Counted from the first letter of the stretch, positions 18,926-27,377 are shown. The stretch is 64,000 nt of DNA from Candidatus Omnitrophota bacterium (GCA_043808175.1 JAZDFE010000002.1:4906-68905); one strand, 5' to 3'. A program made the numbers and translations. The notes: generated from the letters alone by a model not told the origin.

Positions 18926-19825
18926 TTAAACTTGGCCCAGCCAGTCCGGCGGCGCGATCTCTTTCCAGCGGCGGCGAATGGCTTCATAACGACCGGGATC
19001 AAGGGGGCCCTTGCTGACGATACACGCGTTCTCCTGCCAACGGCCCGGATGCTGGGTCCCGACGATCGCAACAGAAACACCCGGCACACTCAGCACAAAT
19101 CGCAGGGCTGTCGCCACGGCCTCGTCCTCCGGAGCTTTCAGAAAATCATAATCCAGTTTTTTAAAACGTTCCCAATAAGGCGCGTGGTACTCGATGGGTC
19201 GTCTCTTATGCCGCCAGGCAACATTGGCGATCGGCCGTTTCGCGATCACGCCCATGCCTTGTTTCACCGCGACGGGCAAAATGGAGTCGATAGAATGTTG
19301 GTCCGCAAGATTGATCGACATTTGCAGCGTGTCAAAAACCCCGGTCCGCACCGCATAAAGCGCGGCATCGTTCTCGCCGCTGTACCCGATGAACCGGGTC
19401 TTTCCGGATCGCTTGGCCTTTTTTATAAAATCGATCACGACGCCCTTTTCCAGGACCTTCCGCGAACAACTGTGCAACTGAAAAAGATCGAGATGACCGG
19501 TGCGCAAGCGTTTAAGACTTTGCTCCAGGCTATTTTGAAGACGGACGGGATCTGCCCAGTCGGCGGGATTTTCGAACCCGCGCGAGTGCCCGCATTTGGT
19601 GAAGAGAAAAAAATCCTCACGGCGATGCGCGACCGCGCGGCCGATACTTTCCTCGCTAGTCCCGTAACATTCGGCGGTATCGATCACATTGAGCCCGGCA
19701 TCCAGCGCGCTGCCGAGCAAACGCTCCACCTCCGGAAGTGAGGTATTCTCAAGGCCGACCTCGGCGCCCCCGAACCCCAGGACCGCCACTTCCAAACTTG
19801 TTTTCCCAAGCTTGCGTTTTTCCAT
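18926..19825 (-). CDS. aldo/keto reductase family oxidoreductase
   Basis: 299 aa. Motifs LGFGGAEVG, NVIDTAECYG..SEE.IG and LFTKCGH are typical of the AKR fold. Confidence 0.85.
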   Translation of the reverse strand: MEKRKLGKTSLEVAVLGFGGAEVGLENTSLPEVERLLGSALDAGLNVIDTAECYGTSEESIGRAVAHRREDFFLFTKCGHSRGFENPADWADPVRLQNSLEQSLKRLRTGHLDLFQLHSCSRKVLEKGVVIDFIKKAKRSGKTRFIGYSGENDAALYAVRTGVFDTLQMSINLADQHSIDSILPVAVKQGMGVIAKRPIANVAWRHKRRPIEYHAPYWERFKKLDYDFLKAPEDEAVATALRFVLSVPGVSVAIVGTQHPGRWQENACIVSKGPLDPGRYEAIRRRWKEIAPPDWLGQV

Positions 19826-19863
19826 TGAATCACCTCCCCAACCTTTCCCCGCCTGCCCTGTTT

Positions 19864-20094
19864 TTATGTATTCTTCGATTCTTGCTCCGGGCGCCGGAGG
19901 TCTTCCGGACTTTGGTTTTCTTCCCCGGGGGTTGTTGTCCCGGCCTCGGATGAAGAAAGCGCTTTTTCTGCTCGCCGGGCCGCGATCGCTGTTCTCGCGG
20001 CCCTGATACCGAAGATGGCATGCGCCGGAGGCGCTTCAAGCAGGAAGGTCCCCGCCACCAGCCCCGCCATGATGAGTTTAAAAGTTTTTGACAT
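19864..20094 (-). CDS. small secreted hypothetical protein
   Basis: Trimmed to the ATG at 20094, which has GGGAGGTGG upstream. MSKTFKLIMAGLVAGTFLLEAPPAHA looks like a signal peptide. The rest is low-complexity. Confidence 0.45.
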   Translation of the reverse strand: MSKTFKLIMAGLVAGTFLLEAPPAHAIFGIRAARTAIAARRAEKALSSSEAGTTTPGEENQSPEDLRRPEQESKNT

Positions 20095-20137
20095 CTTCCA
20101 CCTCCCGTATTTTGATCGAATGGCACCGGCTACCATT

Positions 20138-20668
20138 TTATCCGTGGATCGTGGTACGTGTCCCCGGAATTTCTCGGTAGATCTCAAGGTCCTGTTCTGA
20201 AAATAGAACGAAGATCACTTTTTCAAGGGACTCCGGATCTTCCTCCAGGAACCTCCGGACCGTTCCCACGGCAATCGCGGCGGCCTTCCGGATGGGAAAC
20301 CTGTAGGCCCCGGTCGAAATGGAGGGGAACGCGATCGTTTTCAAGTGATGGGTTTGAGCGCATTTTAAGGAGTTCCTGTAACAGGAGGCCAAAAGTGCTT
20401 CCTCTTGAGACTTTCCTCCGTGCCACACAGGGCCTACGGTATGAATGACAAAACGCGCCGGAAGCTCGTACCCCTTCGTGATCTTGGCCTGCCCCGTCTC
20501 GCAGCTACCCAGGCCTTTGCATGCTTCGAGAAGCGCCGGACCGGCGGCCCGGTGGATCGCGCCATCGACTCCCCCGCCGCCGAGCAGGGTCCGGTTGGCC
20601 GCGTTCACGATCGCATCGCAGCTGAGACGGGTAATATCGCCATGGATGAGTTCGATCGCAGTCTTCAT
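20138..20668 (-). CDS. macro-domain protein (O-acetyl-ADP-ribose deacetylase, YmdB-like)
   Basis: [43 protein letters not shown]. The last ~10 codons ([11 protein letters not shown]) are encoded by a heptad-repeat half element at 20143-20172. Confidence 0.88.
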   Translation of the reverse strand: MKTAIELIHGDITRLSCDAIVNAANRTLLGGGGVDGAIHRAAGPALLEACKGLGSCETGQAKITKGYELPARFVIHTVGPVWHGGKSQEEALLASCYRNSLKCAQTHHLKTIAFPSISTGAYRFPIRKAAAIAVGTVRRFLEEDPESLEKVIFVLFSEQDLEIYREIPGTRTTIHG

Positions 20669-20785
20669 AGGTAAGATCCCGGTTCAACAAGGCTCATGCC
20701 GGGATTATAGTGTGAGGATCATCCGCGGGAAATGAAAAACACCGGCACCCAGTTCAAAGCTTTTCGGAACGGCCCACCTGCACTG

Positions 20786-20849
20786 CCGTCCCGAGTCCCG
20801 GCGGTTCGTGGCTCGTGGCCCGTGTCCCGATGCCGTACACGTCACACCC
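20786..20849. repeat. GC-rich heptad repeat block (CGTGG/CGTGTCC units)
   Basis: gtcccgagtcccggcggttCGTGGctCGTGGccCGTGTCCcgatgccgtacacgtcacaccc. Positions 20805-20946 are 141/142 identical to 23776-23917. Confidence 0.85.
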
Positions 20850-20850
20850 A

Positions 20851-21110
20851 AGAAATGACGCCTGATTCTCCTATTAAGTTTTATAAAGAATCAGTGCAGC
20901 ACCGACTTTCAATTAACTGCTCTTATCGACAGTCGGTACGGCATCGCCTGGTTTCATTTAAGAGATGATTGAGAACCAGTGCTGTCCTGGCCTCCGATTA
21001 ATTTTTCAATAATAGCCAGGGCGTACTTGCACACAGGTACAAGTGCCGAGATGCTTGATATCGTTCTGAGCTCGTCTTTTTTGCTAGGCTGTCCGTAGGA
21101 CGCCTATTTT
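20851..21110. repeat. hairpin-module array (AT-loop family), five or more modules
   Basis: CTGATTCT..AGAATCAGtgcagc; ACCGACT..AGTCGGTacggc; CTGGTT..AACCAGtgctgtc; CTGGC..GCCAGggcgtac; ACTTGCACacagGTACAAGT; ends ...ggctgtccgtaggacgcc. Confidence 0.8.
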
Positions 21111-21111
21111 T

Positions 21112-21294
21112 TTACGCCTTCCCGCTCTTCACTAATCTTTCGGCCTCGAGCCAGATCTCAAGGTCATTGTTCGGAACGCACCCTTTTTGCTCCCAAAGTT
21201 CCCTGGCTTTCTTTTGAATGCGCGCATTCAGCTCTTCCTTTGAAAGCTTGGGTGCTGAAGCTCTACTCCACCCCAGATCTGTTATCTTTGCCAT
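21112..21294 (-). CDS. DUF2934-type small protein
   Basis: Trimmed to the ATG at 21294, which has AGGAG upstream. KKARELWEQKGCVPNNDLEIWLEAER matches the DUF2934 pattern (ELWE..G.P.G.D...WL.AE). Confidence 0.65.
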   Translation of the reverse strand: MAKITDLGWSRASAPKLSKEELNARIQKKARELWEQKGCVPNNDLEIWLEAERLVKSGKA

Positions 21295-21392
21295 ATTCCG
21301 CTCCTTTTGTGTTAGTGAAACGACGTGCAGTAACATATCCCTTGCGTGCGGCTTTGTCAGCAAAAAAGTTGCCGCTCCAATGGCGTATGGGA

Positions 21393-21657
21393 CGGCGTAC
21401 TGGTTTATCATTTATTTAAAAAATAATAATGAAACTAGTACTGTCATGATTACCGTCCAAACTTTTCATTTCTTTTTCAAAACGGTAGTCGGCACTGATT
21501 TTCATTTAATTTTTAGATTGGAAATCAGTACAGTCCCAACCAACCCTTAAATGAATCGGAGGGTTGGGGCTGGACGGCCCCAATCTCAGCTATGCTTCGA
21601 TTGATAGGTATTGGGACCGTTTATTTTTTGATTGATGAAAATCATGGCGTACCGACC
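21393..21657. repeat. hairpin-module array (AT-loop family), modules in both orientations
   Basis: CTGGTTT..AAACTAGtactgtc; CTGATTTtcatttaat..AAATCAGtacagtc; CCCAACC..GGTTGGGgctggac; GGCCCCAAT..ATTGGGACC; inverted copy of the CCATGATTTTCAT module. Confidence 0.8.
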
Positions 21658-21707
21658 GGAAGAGAATGAGGATCAGGGAATGAAACGATTATTTCTGACG
21701 CTTACTC

Positions 21708-21771
21708 GAGCCACGAGCCAAGCACCACGCACCACGAAGCTCGTGTCCCGTGGTTCGTGGCACGTGTCCCC
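21708..21771. repeat. GC-rich heptad palindrome
   Basis: gagCCACGagCCAAGcaCCACGcaCCACG-aagct-CGTGTCCCGTGGttCGTGGcaCGTGTCC, directly after the histidine-kinase stop. Confidence 0.85.
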
Positions 21772-21774
21772 GTA

Positions 21775-22890
21775 CTATTTCCTGGGCAGCGTAAAAATAA
21801 ATTTGCTGCCCTTTCCCGGCTCGCTTTCGACCCAGATCCTGCCCTGATGAAGCTCGACAATGTCCTTGACGATGGGAAGTCCAAGACCGGTCCCTTCCTG
21901 TTTTTCGGCGGTCAGACGCTCGAATTTGTCGAACAACTTGCCAAAATCCTCCTTGGCGATCCCCGGCCCCGAATCGGAGATCTCGAAACGGACCTCTTCT
22001 TCAGTTCCGGAAAGGCGGAGGATGATCTTGCCGCCGGAAGGAGTGTATTTGACGGCGTTGCTGAGCAAATTGATGAGGACCTCGGTCAGCTTGTCACGGT
22101 CCGCCAGGACCTCGCCCGCGCTCTCTGAAAAATCTTTTTCGAGGAGAAGGTTCTTTTTCGAGATCTCATTGGCATCGCCGGCAAGGACCTCCTCGGCCAG
22201 GGCGGCGATCCCGAAACTTTCTTTTTTCAACTTCATCTTTCCCGCTTCGATCTTTGAAAGATCGAGAAGATCCGTGACCAGCCGGATAAGCCTTTCCGTA
22301 TTTTTGAGGGCGATCGTAAGCACCTCCCGCTGTTCCTCGCTCACCGCGCCGGCCGAACCGTCCAAGACATAGTCCAGCGAAAGCTGCATGTTGCTCAAGG
22401 GATTTTTGAATTCATGGGAGACATTGGCGACAAAAGCCGACTTCCGCTCGTCCATCTGTTTCAAAAGCTCCTCGGCCTCTTTGATCTTGCTGATATCATT
22501 CCCGACGCAGAGGATCTCCTTGGTCTCGCCCTTCGCGTCGGACAAGGCCTTATTGGTCCAGGCGATCCACACCCGCTCCCCGCTGCGAAGCATGTTCTCA
22601 TTTTCGTTATTCACATACTTCTCGGGATAGCGCACGATATCATCAACCATGGCCTTCTGGTCCCTGCCCGCGCTGTCCGTCACCGGCGCGATCGTCCCGA
22701 TGGCGCTTTTACCCAAGATCTCCTTCTCCTCAAATCCGAAGAACTCCTGCGCGAACTTATTGAGGAAGGTGATCCTGCCCTGGGTATCCATGCGCAGGAT
22801 GATGCTGTTGGCGTCCTGGACCAGCCTGCGATAAGAGTCCTCGCTTTGTCCGAGCGTCTTACCGGCTTTCATGCTGCTCATGCCTCCCAT
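21775..22890 (-). CDS. PAS-domain sensor histidine kinase
   Basis: PAS region (YRRLVQDANSIILRMD...). HisKA H-box VSHEFKNPLS. HATPase N/G boxes (NLLSNAVKYTP, DSGPGI, GTGLGLPIV). Confidence 0.9.
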   Translation of the reverse strand: MGGMSSMKAGKTLGQSEDSYRRLVQDANSIILRMDTQGRITFLNKFAQEFFGFEEKEILGKSAIGTIAPVTDSAGRDQKAMVDDIVRYPEKYVNNENENMLRSGERVWIAWTNKALSDAKGETKEILCVGNDISKIKEAEELLKQMDERKSAFVANVSHEFKNPLSNMQLSLDYVLDGSAGAVSEEQREVLTIALKNTERLIRLVTDLLDLSKIEAGKMKLKKESFGIAALAEEVLAGDANEISKKNLLLEKDFSESAGEVLADRDKLTEVLINLLSNAVKYTPSGGKIILRLSGTEEEVRFEISDSGPGIAKEDFGKLFDKFERLTAEKQEGTGLGLPIVKDIVELHQGRIWVESEPGKGSKFIFTLPRK

Positions 22891-22895
22891 CCCCT

Positions 22896-23279
22896 CTACT
22901 GCTCTTTCTGATCGTCGGATTCGGATTTTGGATGATCGACGGCATCGGCAATTTTTTGCTTCGCCATGAGGGTCTTGAAGTCTAAAGATTTTACCGCCTT
23001 CACAACCTCAGGGTCATAGGCGAGGGCCTGAACATTAGGATCGGAGGCCAGGCCGGCAACGGTTTTCATGACCTCCGGATCGTCCATGACCGCGGGCTGG
23101 AGCTCCTGCAACTCGCTGGGGAGATTCTCGGGATCGGAAGAGACGGTCCCTTCGGAGGATGGAACGCTCCCGTCATCCGGGGTGCTCCCGTCCGTTGATC
23201 CGGTCTCCTCTCCATAGACGGTGCCGGCAAGTAAGGCGAATGCCGAAACAAAAAACACAAGCAAAAGGATCTTTTTCAT
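22896..23279 (-). CDS. secreted hypothetical protein
   Basis: Signal peptide MKKILLLVFFVSAFALLAGTVYG. The acidic/Pro-rich mature part has no recognisable motif. Confidence 0.6.
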   Translation of the reverse strand: MKKILLLVFFVSAFALLAGTVYGEETGSTDGSTPDDGSVPSSEGTVSSDPENLPSELQELQPAVMDDPEVMKTVAGLASDPNVQALAYDPEVVKAVKSLDFKTLMAKQKIADAVDHPKSESDDQKEQ

Positions 23280-23295
23280 TTTATCTCCTATTCAT

Positions 23296-23715
23296 TTAAG
23301 TTCCCGCCATCTGCACCACGATATCGCGTTGGCGGGGGCGGTTGTCGAATTCCGTCAGGACCACCTGCTGCCACGTGCCGAGCGTGAGTTTACCGTTCTC
23401 GAACGGGATGACAAGCGACGGCCCCTGAAGGAGCGCGCGCAGGTGGCTGAACCCGTTGGCGTCCCCCCACGAAGCATCGTGCGCGTACCCGGTCTTGCGC
23501 GGGACAAGCTTTTCATAGAGCGCCCGGACGTCCTTGACCAGGCCCGGCTCATATTCGAACGTCGTGACCGCGGCCGTGGAACCGGTCACAAAAACCGTGA
23601 GACTTCCCTGCCTCAAGGCCGACCGCTTCAGGATCTCTACGATCCGCTCCGTCAGGTCGATCAGATCCGGATCGCCCTTCGTCTCCACCGTTATGTGCTC
23701 CGTGATGATCTTCAT
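23296..23715 (-). CDS. YjbQ/UPF0047 family protein (secondary thiamine-phosphate synthase-like)
   Basis: Trimmed to the ATG at 23715 (MKIITEHITVETKG...). Motifs TGSTAAVTTFEYEPG and GFSHLRALLQGPS. The upstream 32 codons of the ORF (PGTRDT repeats) are translated repeat DNA. Confidence 0.85.
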   Translation of the reverse strand: MKIITEHITVETKGDPDLIDLTERIVEILKRSALRQGSLTVFVTGSTAAVTTFEYEPGLVKDVRALYEKLVPRKTGYAHDASWGDANGFSHLRALLQGPSLVIPFENGKLTLGTWQQVVLTEFDNRPRQRDIVVQMAGT

Positions 23716-23727
23716 CTTCTTTTCGTT

Positions 23728-23820
23728 CCCCGTGTCCCTTGTCCCTGGAGTTATCGTGTCCCGTGTCCCCGGAATTTCGTGGCTCGTGGCCCGTGTCCCG
23801 ATGCCGTACACGTCACACCC
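23728..23820. repeat. GC-rich heptad repeat block
   Basis: CGTGTCCcttgtccctggagttatCGTGTCCCGTGTCCccggaatttCGTGGctCGTGGccCGTGTCC... Its right part is shared with 20805-20849. Confidence 0.85.
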
Positions 23821-23829
23821 AAGAAGTGA

Positions 23830-24106
23830 CGCCTGATTCTCCTATTAAGTTTTATAAAGAATCAGTGCAGCACCGACTTTCAATTAACTGCTCTTATCGA
23901 CAGTCGGTACGGCATCGTACTTGTTCACCGGCGCAAGTGCGGTCAGAGTACGAAGCTGATATTATGCTCCGACTCTGCCGTCCCAATACTTATCAATTTC
24001 TGCAAAGCAGAAATTGGGGCGGTCTTGGTTACCGTTGATCAAAAGAAAATTAAAACCAGGGCCGTACTTGTACACAGGTACAAGTGCCTACGGTACCGGT
24101 ACCGAT
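23830..24106. repeat. hairpin-module array (AT-loop family)
   Basis: The first two modules are identical to 20862-20942. Then come ACTTG..CAAGT, CAGAGT..ACTCTGccgtc, CCCAATACTTATCAATTTCTGC..GCAGAAATTGGGG, TGGTT..AACCAgggccgtac, ACTTGTACacagGTACAAGT and GGTACCGGTACC. Confidence 0.8.
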
Positions 24107-24126
24107 CTATTTTCATTTCAGCCTCC

Positions 24127-24768
24127 TTATGGAACCAACCGGGCGCCCATCTCAAAAGCCCTCCGGAGGTCCTTCGGAAAAACATCCCGCCGGCGGGCCG
24201 CCTTTTGGGCCGGATCGAAACGGGTCGCGACATATTTGGAATAATCATCAAACTGGAGCGTATCATACACCTGCAAGGTCTCCGCCGGCCCGAGGACCCT
24301 TCCCATCATGGCGCCCGTCTCGTTCAAGCTCCGGTCCCAGCCCAGCTGGACCGCCATCTTCTCCGTCGTGCCGAGGGCATAGAGGATCCCCACACGCATC
24401 TTCCCGGGGAAAAGCGACACCGACGGGTCCGTGTACGTGTAAAAAGGAAAAACCAGCCGCTCGATCAAAGAGCGCATCGCGCCCGTGGCGCAGCCCAGGT
24501 ACACCGGCGACCCCAGGAGGATCCCGCCGGCGGTCTCGATCTTCCGCAGGAACGGCGTCAGGCCGTCCTCCATCGCGCAGCGGCCGTAACTTTTTCCGCC
24601 TTTCAGCTTGCAGGAGAAACAACTCGTGCAGCCTTTATAATCCAGATCGTAAAGATGCACCAGTTCCGTCTCCGCCCCGCGCGAGGCCGCCCCTTCGAGC
24701 GCGCTCTTGAGCAAAAGGGCCGTGTTCCACTCCTTGCGGGGACTCCCGTTGAACGCAATGACCTTCAT
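24127..24768 (-). CDS. flavodoxin-like fold NAD(P)H-dependent FMN reductase / iron-sulfur flavoprotein family
   Basis: MKVIAFNGSPRKEWNT (typical N-terminus), Cys cluster CTSCFSC...C, GSPVYLGCATGAMRSLIERL. Confidence 0.75.
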   Translation of the reverse strand: MKVIAFNGSPRKEWNTALLLKSALEGAASRGAETELVHLYDLDYKGCTSCFSCKLKGGKSYGRCAMEDGLTPFLRKIETAGGILLGSPVYLGCATGAMRSLIERLVFPFYTYTDPSVSLFPGKMRVGILYALGTTEKMAVQLGWDRSLNETGAMMGRVLGPAETLQVYDTLQFDDYSKYVATRFDPAQKAARRRDVFPKDLRRAFEMGARLVP

Positions 24769-24847
24769 ACCGGATCCTTTCTCGGTTTGAATTGATGCCG
24801 GTTATCTTTGATCGCTCCTACCAGTCTCCGATACCCGCACTGTTTCT

Positions 24848-24903
24848 ACGTGTCCCGAGTCCCGTGTCCCCGGAATTTCGTGTCCCGTGTCCCCGTGTCC
24901 CCT
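24848..24903. repeat. GC-rich heptad repeat block
   Basis: aCGTGTCCCGAGTCCCGTGTCCccggaatttCGTGTCCCGTGTCCCCGTGTCCcc. Confidence 0.8.
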
Positions 24904-25267
24904 AATCTCGGAACTGTTCCCAAAGCCGCTTGAAGCGGGGTTCGTAGATAAGGTCGTAGAGATGCGTCTTATCCGGGAAAAGACTCCGGATCAGTTCTCT
25001 GAACTTCGCTTTTTCGATCTCGATATCCACGGCCTCGCTGTCGGTGCTCAGGATCAGGAACACGATCCGGTCCTGCATCTTCTTGATCTCGGATAATTTT
25101 TCCTCTTCGATCGCAAGGTCATACTGCAGGCAGATCCGGGCAAGCCGGGCGAGGACCTCATCGCCGCCAAGTCCGAGCGGGGCCCCGCAGGGACAGACGA
25201 TCTCGCGGCCGGACTTGAAAAGCGACGCGTCATATTCCTTTTGGCATTTCGGACACTTCACCGGCAT
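24902..25267 (-). CDS. zinc-ribbon hypothetical protein
   Basis: N-terminal CPKC...CPCG four-Cys knuckle. The helical remainder has no recognisable family motif. Confidence 0.55.
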   Translation of the reverse strand: MPVKCPKCQKEYDASLFKSGREIVCPCGAPLGLGGDEVLARLARICLQYDLAIEEEKLSEIKKMQDRIVFLILSTDSEAVDIEIEKAKFRELIRSLFPDKTHLYDLIYEPRFKRLWEQFRD

Positions 25268-25285
25268 GGCCCCTGTCTGCGACGC

Positions 25286-25564
25286 TTATTCCTTGATCTT
25301 GTCAAATTCCTCGACGGGAATAGCGGGAAAACTGGTGAAGGCAATACCGGTCAATTTATTTAACGCGATCGAAGCCTTCATCACTTCCGCAGTCCCGGGA
25401 AAATTGGTAATGACCACGAGGTCGTATTTTCCCAGAAGCGCGTAGGCGGAAACCAGCTTGCCTCCGGCCTTTGCGATCACCTCAGCCGCCTTTTGGGTCC
25501 TCTCGGCGGAAATGCCTCCCAGCGCCTCTTTGGAATATTTCCCGTACATGAAATAAACAGCCAT
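25286..25564 (-). CDS. GYD-domain protein
   Basis: Trimmed to the ATG at 25564, which has AGGAGG upstream. MAVYFMYGKYS...GKYDLVVI... matches the GYD family pattern. Confidence 0.75.
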   Translation of the reverse strand: MAVYFMYGKYSKEALGGISAERTQKAAEVIAKAGGKLVSAYALLGKYDLVVITNFPGTAEVMKASIALNKLTGIAFTSFPAIPVEEFDKIKE

Positions 25565-25660
25565 TTTTCCCTCCTTTTTCTTCGGTTTGAAACGACTCAT
25601 AGTCGGTTGAGAAAAAACACGGAAAAGACAAGTCCGGCCGTGTCCCGACGGTTCGTGGCT

Positions 25661-25775
25661 CGTGGCACGTGTCCCCGGAATTATTGTGTCCCGTGGTACG
25701 TGTCCCCGGAATTATTGTGTCCCGTGGCACGTGTCCCCGGAATTATTGTGTCCCATGGCTCGTGGCACGTGTCCC
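25661..25775. repeat. 3.5 tandem copies of a 31-nt unit (GC-rich heptad family variant)
   Basis: CGTGGCACGTGTCCCCGGAATTATTGTGTCC at 25661, 25692 (one substitution) and 25723, then a partial copy. The copies are contiguous with no spacers. Confidence 0.9.
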
Positions 25776-25780
25776 TGATT

Positions 25781-26152
25781 TTAGATCCGTTCTACGCTCA
25801 CGTGATCGCCGTCACGGACGGCGCCGAGAAGCGCTTTGAAATCGCCTTCGAGCTCCCCGAGGATGTTGCACCGGTCGGCAAGCCGGCATTCCGTACCTTT
25901 CGAGATGGGCGTGCGCCCGTAGGGCAATGCCAGACAGTTCCCCTGCGTCCAAAAACAAACCGTGCCGGGAACCACCACCTGATGGGCGTCCGCTTCAAGC
26001 GCCGCGCTCACGGGGACCTGAAAATAGACCTCGTTCCCCCACGTCTGCGCCGACGACGTCATAGGAAGCGCCGCGAGGATCTTGCCGGCTGTCGCCGTCT
26101 CCTTCAGCGTCGCAAAAATTTCAACTTCCCCGATTTTAATTTTAATTTGCAT
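25781..26152 (-). CDS. cyclophilin-like fold protein (small, function unknown)
   Basis: Trimmed to the ATG at 26152 (MQIKIKIGEVEIFATLKETATAGKILAALP...WGNEVYF...). The pattern matches the cyclophilin-like small-protein family. Confidence 0.65.
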   Translation of the reverse strand: MQIKIKIGEVEIFATLKETATAGKILAALPMTSSAQTWGNEVYFQVPVSAALEADAHQVVVPGTVCFWTQGNCLALPYGRTPISKGTECRLADRCNILGELEGDFKALLGAVRDGDHVSVERI

Positions 26153-26186
26153 CTTCTTTCCTTTTTCCGTTATCTGTTTCACTTTT

Positions 26187-26489
26187 TTATCTTATCGCAT
26201 AAAGCAAGAATAATACTACTCCCAAAACGGTTAATTTAAACGATAAGAATAATAGGGCGAATGGAACATTCGTTGCTTTGATCTTGCCCCGCAAATAAAG
26301 ATGGAGATTGTACAAAAAATAAGCGAGGAGGATCCCGTAGGCAACGGGACTGGCCCAGTGACAGCGCGTGCCGGCCGCAAAGAAATCAAACCCATAAATA
26401 ACAAGGGTTAAGAAAAACGAGACCGCATAGGGCCAGCAACAATCATGCTGGTAAAATACGCGGATATTTTCAATCAATGATCGCATCAT
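26187..26489 (-). CDS. small integral membrane protein (3 TM), hypothetical
   Basis: 100 aa with three hydrophobic segments and no motif. Confidence 0.5.
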   Translation of the reverse strand: MMRSLIENIRVFYQHDCCWPYAVSFFLTLVIYGFDFFAAGTRCHWASPVAYGILLAYFLYNLHLYLRGKIKATNVPFALLFLSFKLTVLGVVLFLLYAIR

Positions 26490-26525
26490 ATTCTAGCCGT
26501 CGAATGGTACCGGGGACCTTTCTCA

Positions 26526-27302
26526 TCAAGAAACCATGTAAAGCTCTTTCCAGATGGCTTCAAGTGCCTCAGCAGCGCCAAGGGGAATTTTAGTGTCCAC
26601 CCAACCGGAGATCTCGGTCTTGTCGGGGTTGATCTCCACGGTCGGTCTGTTGAGATCGGACGCAAGTGCCATGGGGTGCCGGATGTAAGGAAACACGCTC
26701 GTCGTTCCGATGGAAAAATAGATATCGAACGGCTGCCCCACCTCCCGCTCCATCAGGGCCACTTTATGCGGCTGCAGCCATTCCCCGAAGAAAACAACGT
26801 CCGGCCGGGCGATGGAATGACATTCCGGACAGCGCGGAGGAATGCTCAGGCGGTCATAATTCTCGACCCGGGTCTTCCAGCCGCATCTTTCACACCGGAG
26901 GTCGTGCATATCCCCGTGGATATCGATCACGTTCTTGGAGCCCGCCGCATGGTGAAAACCGTCGATATTCTGCGTCAGCACCCAGACCCGTTCGAAATGC
27001 CTCTCCATCTCCGCAATGATCTCGTGAGCGCGGTTATACCTGGCTCCCCGGCATCTTTTTTCTATCTGAGAAAGGTATTTCCACGTGATCTCGGGCTTTT
27101 TCCGGAGAGTCTCACCGGCTAGCGCCGTCTCGATCGGAATGCCGTCTTCCGTCGCGTCATTCTCATAAAGACCGCCCATCCCCCGGTAGGTCGGAAGCCC
27201 GGAATCCGCGGAGATCCCCGCGCCGGTGATGAACAGAATGCTCTTACAAGCTTTAAGAAGCTTCGCGACTTCTTTTATTTTTGAGTCGGCTGTTTGAACC
27301 AT
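26526..27302 (-). CDS. cobB: NAD-dependent protein deacylase (Sir2/CobB family)
   Basis: GAGISADSGLPTYRG. QNIDGFH (catalytic His). Zn ribbon CERCG...CPECH. The 258-aa size is canonical. Confidence 0.88.
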   Translation of the reverse strand: MVQTADSKIKEVAKLLKACKSILFITGAGISADSGLPTYRGMGGLYENDATEDGIPIETALAGETLRKKPEITWKYLSQIEKRCRGARYNRAHEIIAEMERHFERVWVLTQNIDGFHHAAGSKNVIDIHGDMHDLRCERCGWKTRVENYDRLSIPPRCPECHSIARPDVVFFGEWLQPHKVALMEREVGQPFDIYFSIGTTSVFPYIRHPMALASDLNRPTVEINPDKTEISGWVDTKIPLGAAEALEAIWKELYMVS

Positions 27303-27339
27303 GGGATACCCCGAATGAAACTCGAAAGGTACCGTTCAA

Positions 27340-27372
27340 CGAGTCCCGAGTCCCGAGTCCCGTGTCCCCTGT
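27340..27372. repeat. heptamer tandem CGAGTCC x3 + CGTGTCC
   Basis: CGAGTCCCGAGTCCCGAGTCCCGTGTCCcctg, immediately 3' of the metallopeptidase gene. The same junction occurs at 31872-31892. Confidence 0.85.
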
Positions 27373-27377
27373 TTTTG

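Noticed and set aside
25661-25775. A possible CRISPR array formed by regularly repeated 31-nt units.
   Set aside because: The repeats are directly contiguous with no unique spacers. No cas genes or leader are present. The unit belongs to the dispersed heptad repeat family.
26526-27302. The Sir2 gene as a defence-system (Thoeris/DSR-like) effector, and the macro-domain gene as its partner.
   Set aside because: The Sir2 gene has canonical CobB length and motifs (GAGIS, QNIDGFH, Zn ribbon) and no fused sensor domain. Its neighbours are small housekeeping-type proteins. The macro-domain gene is 6 kb away.
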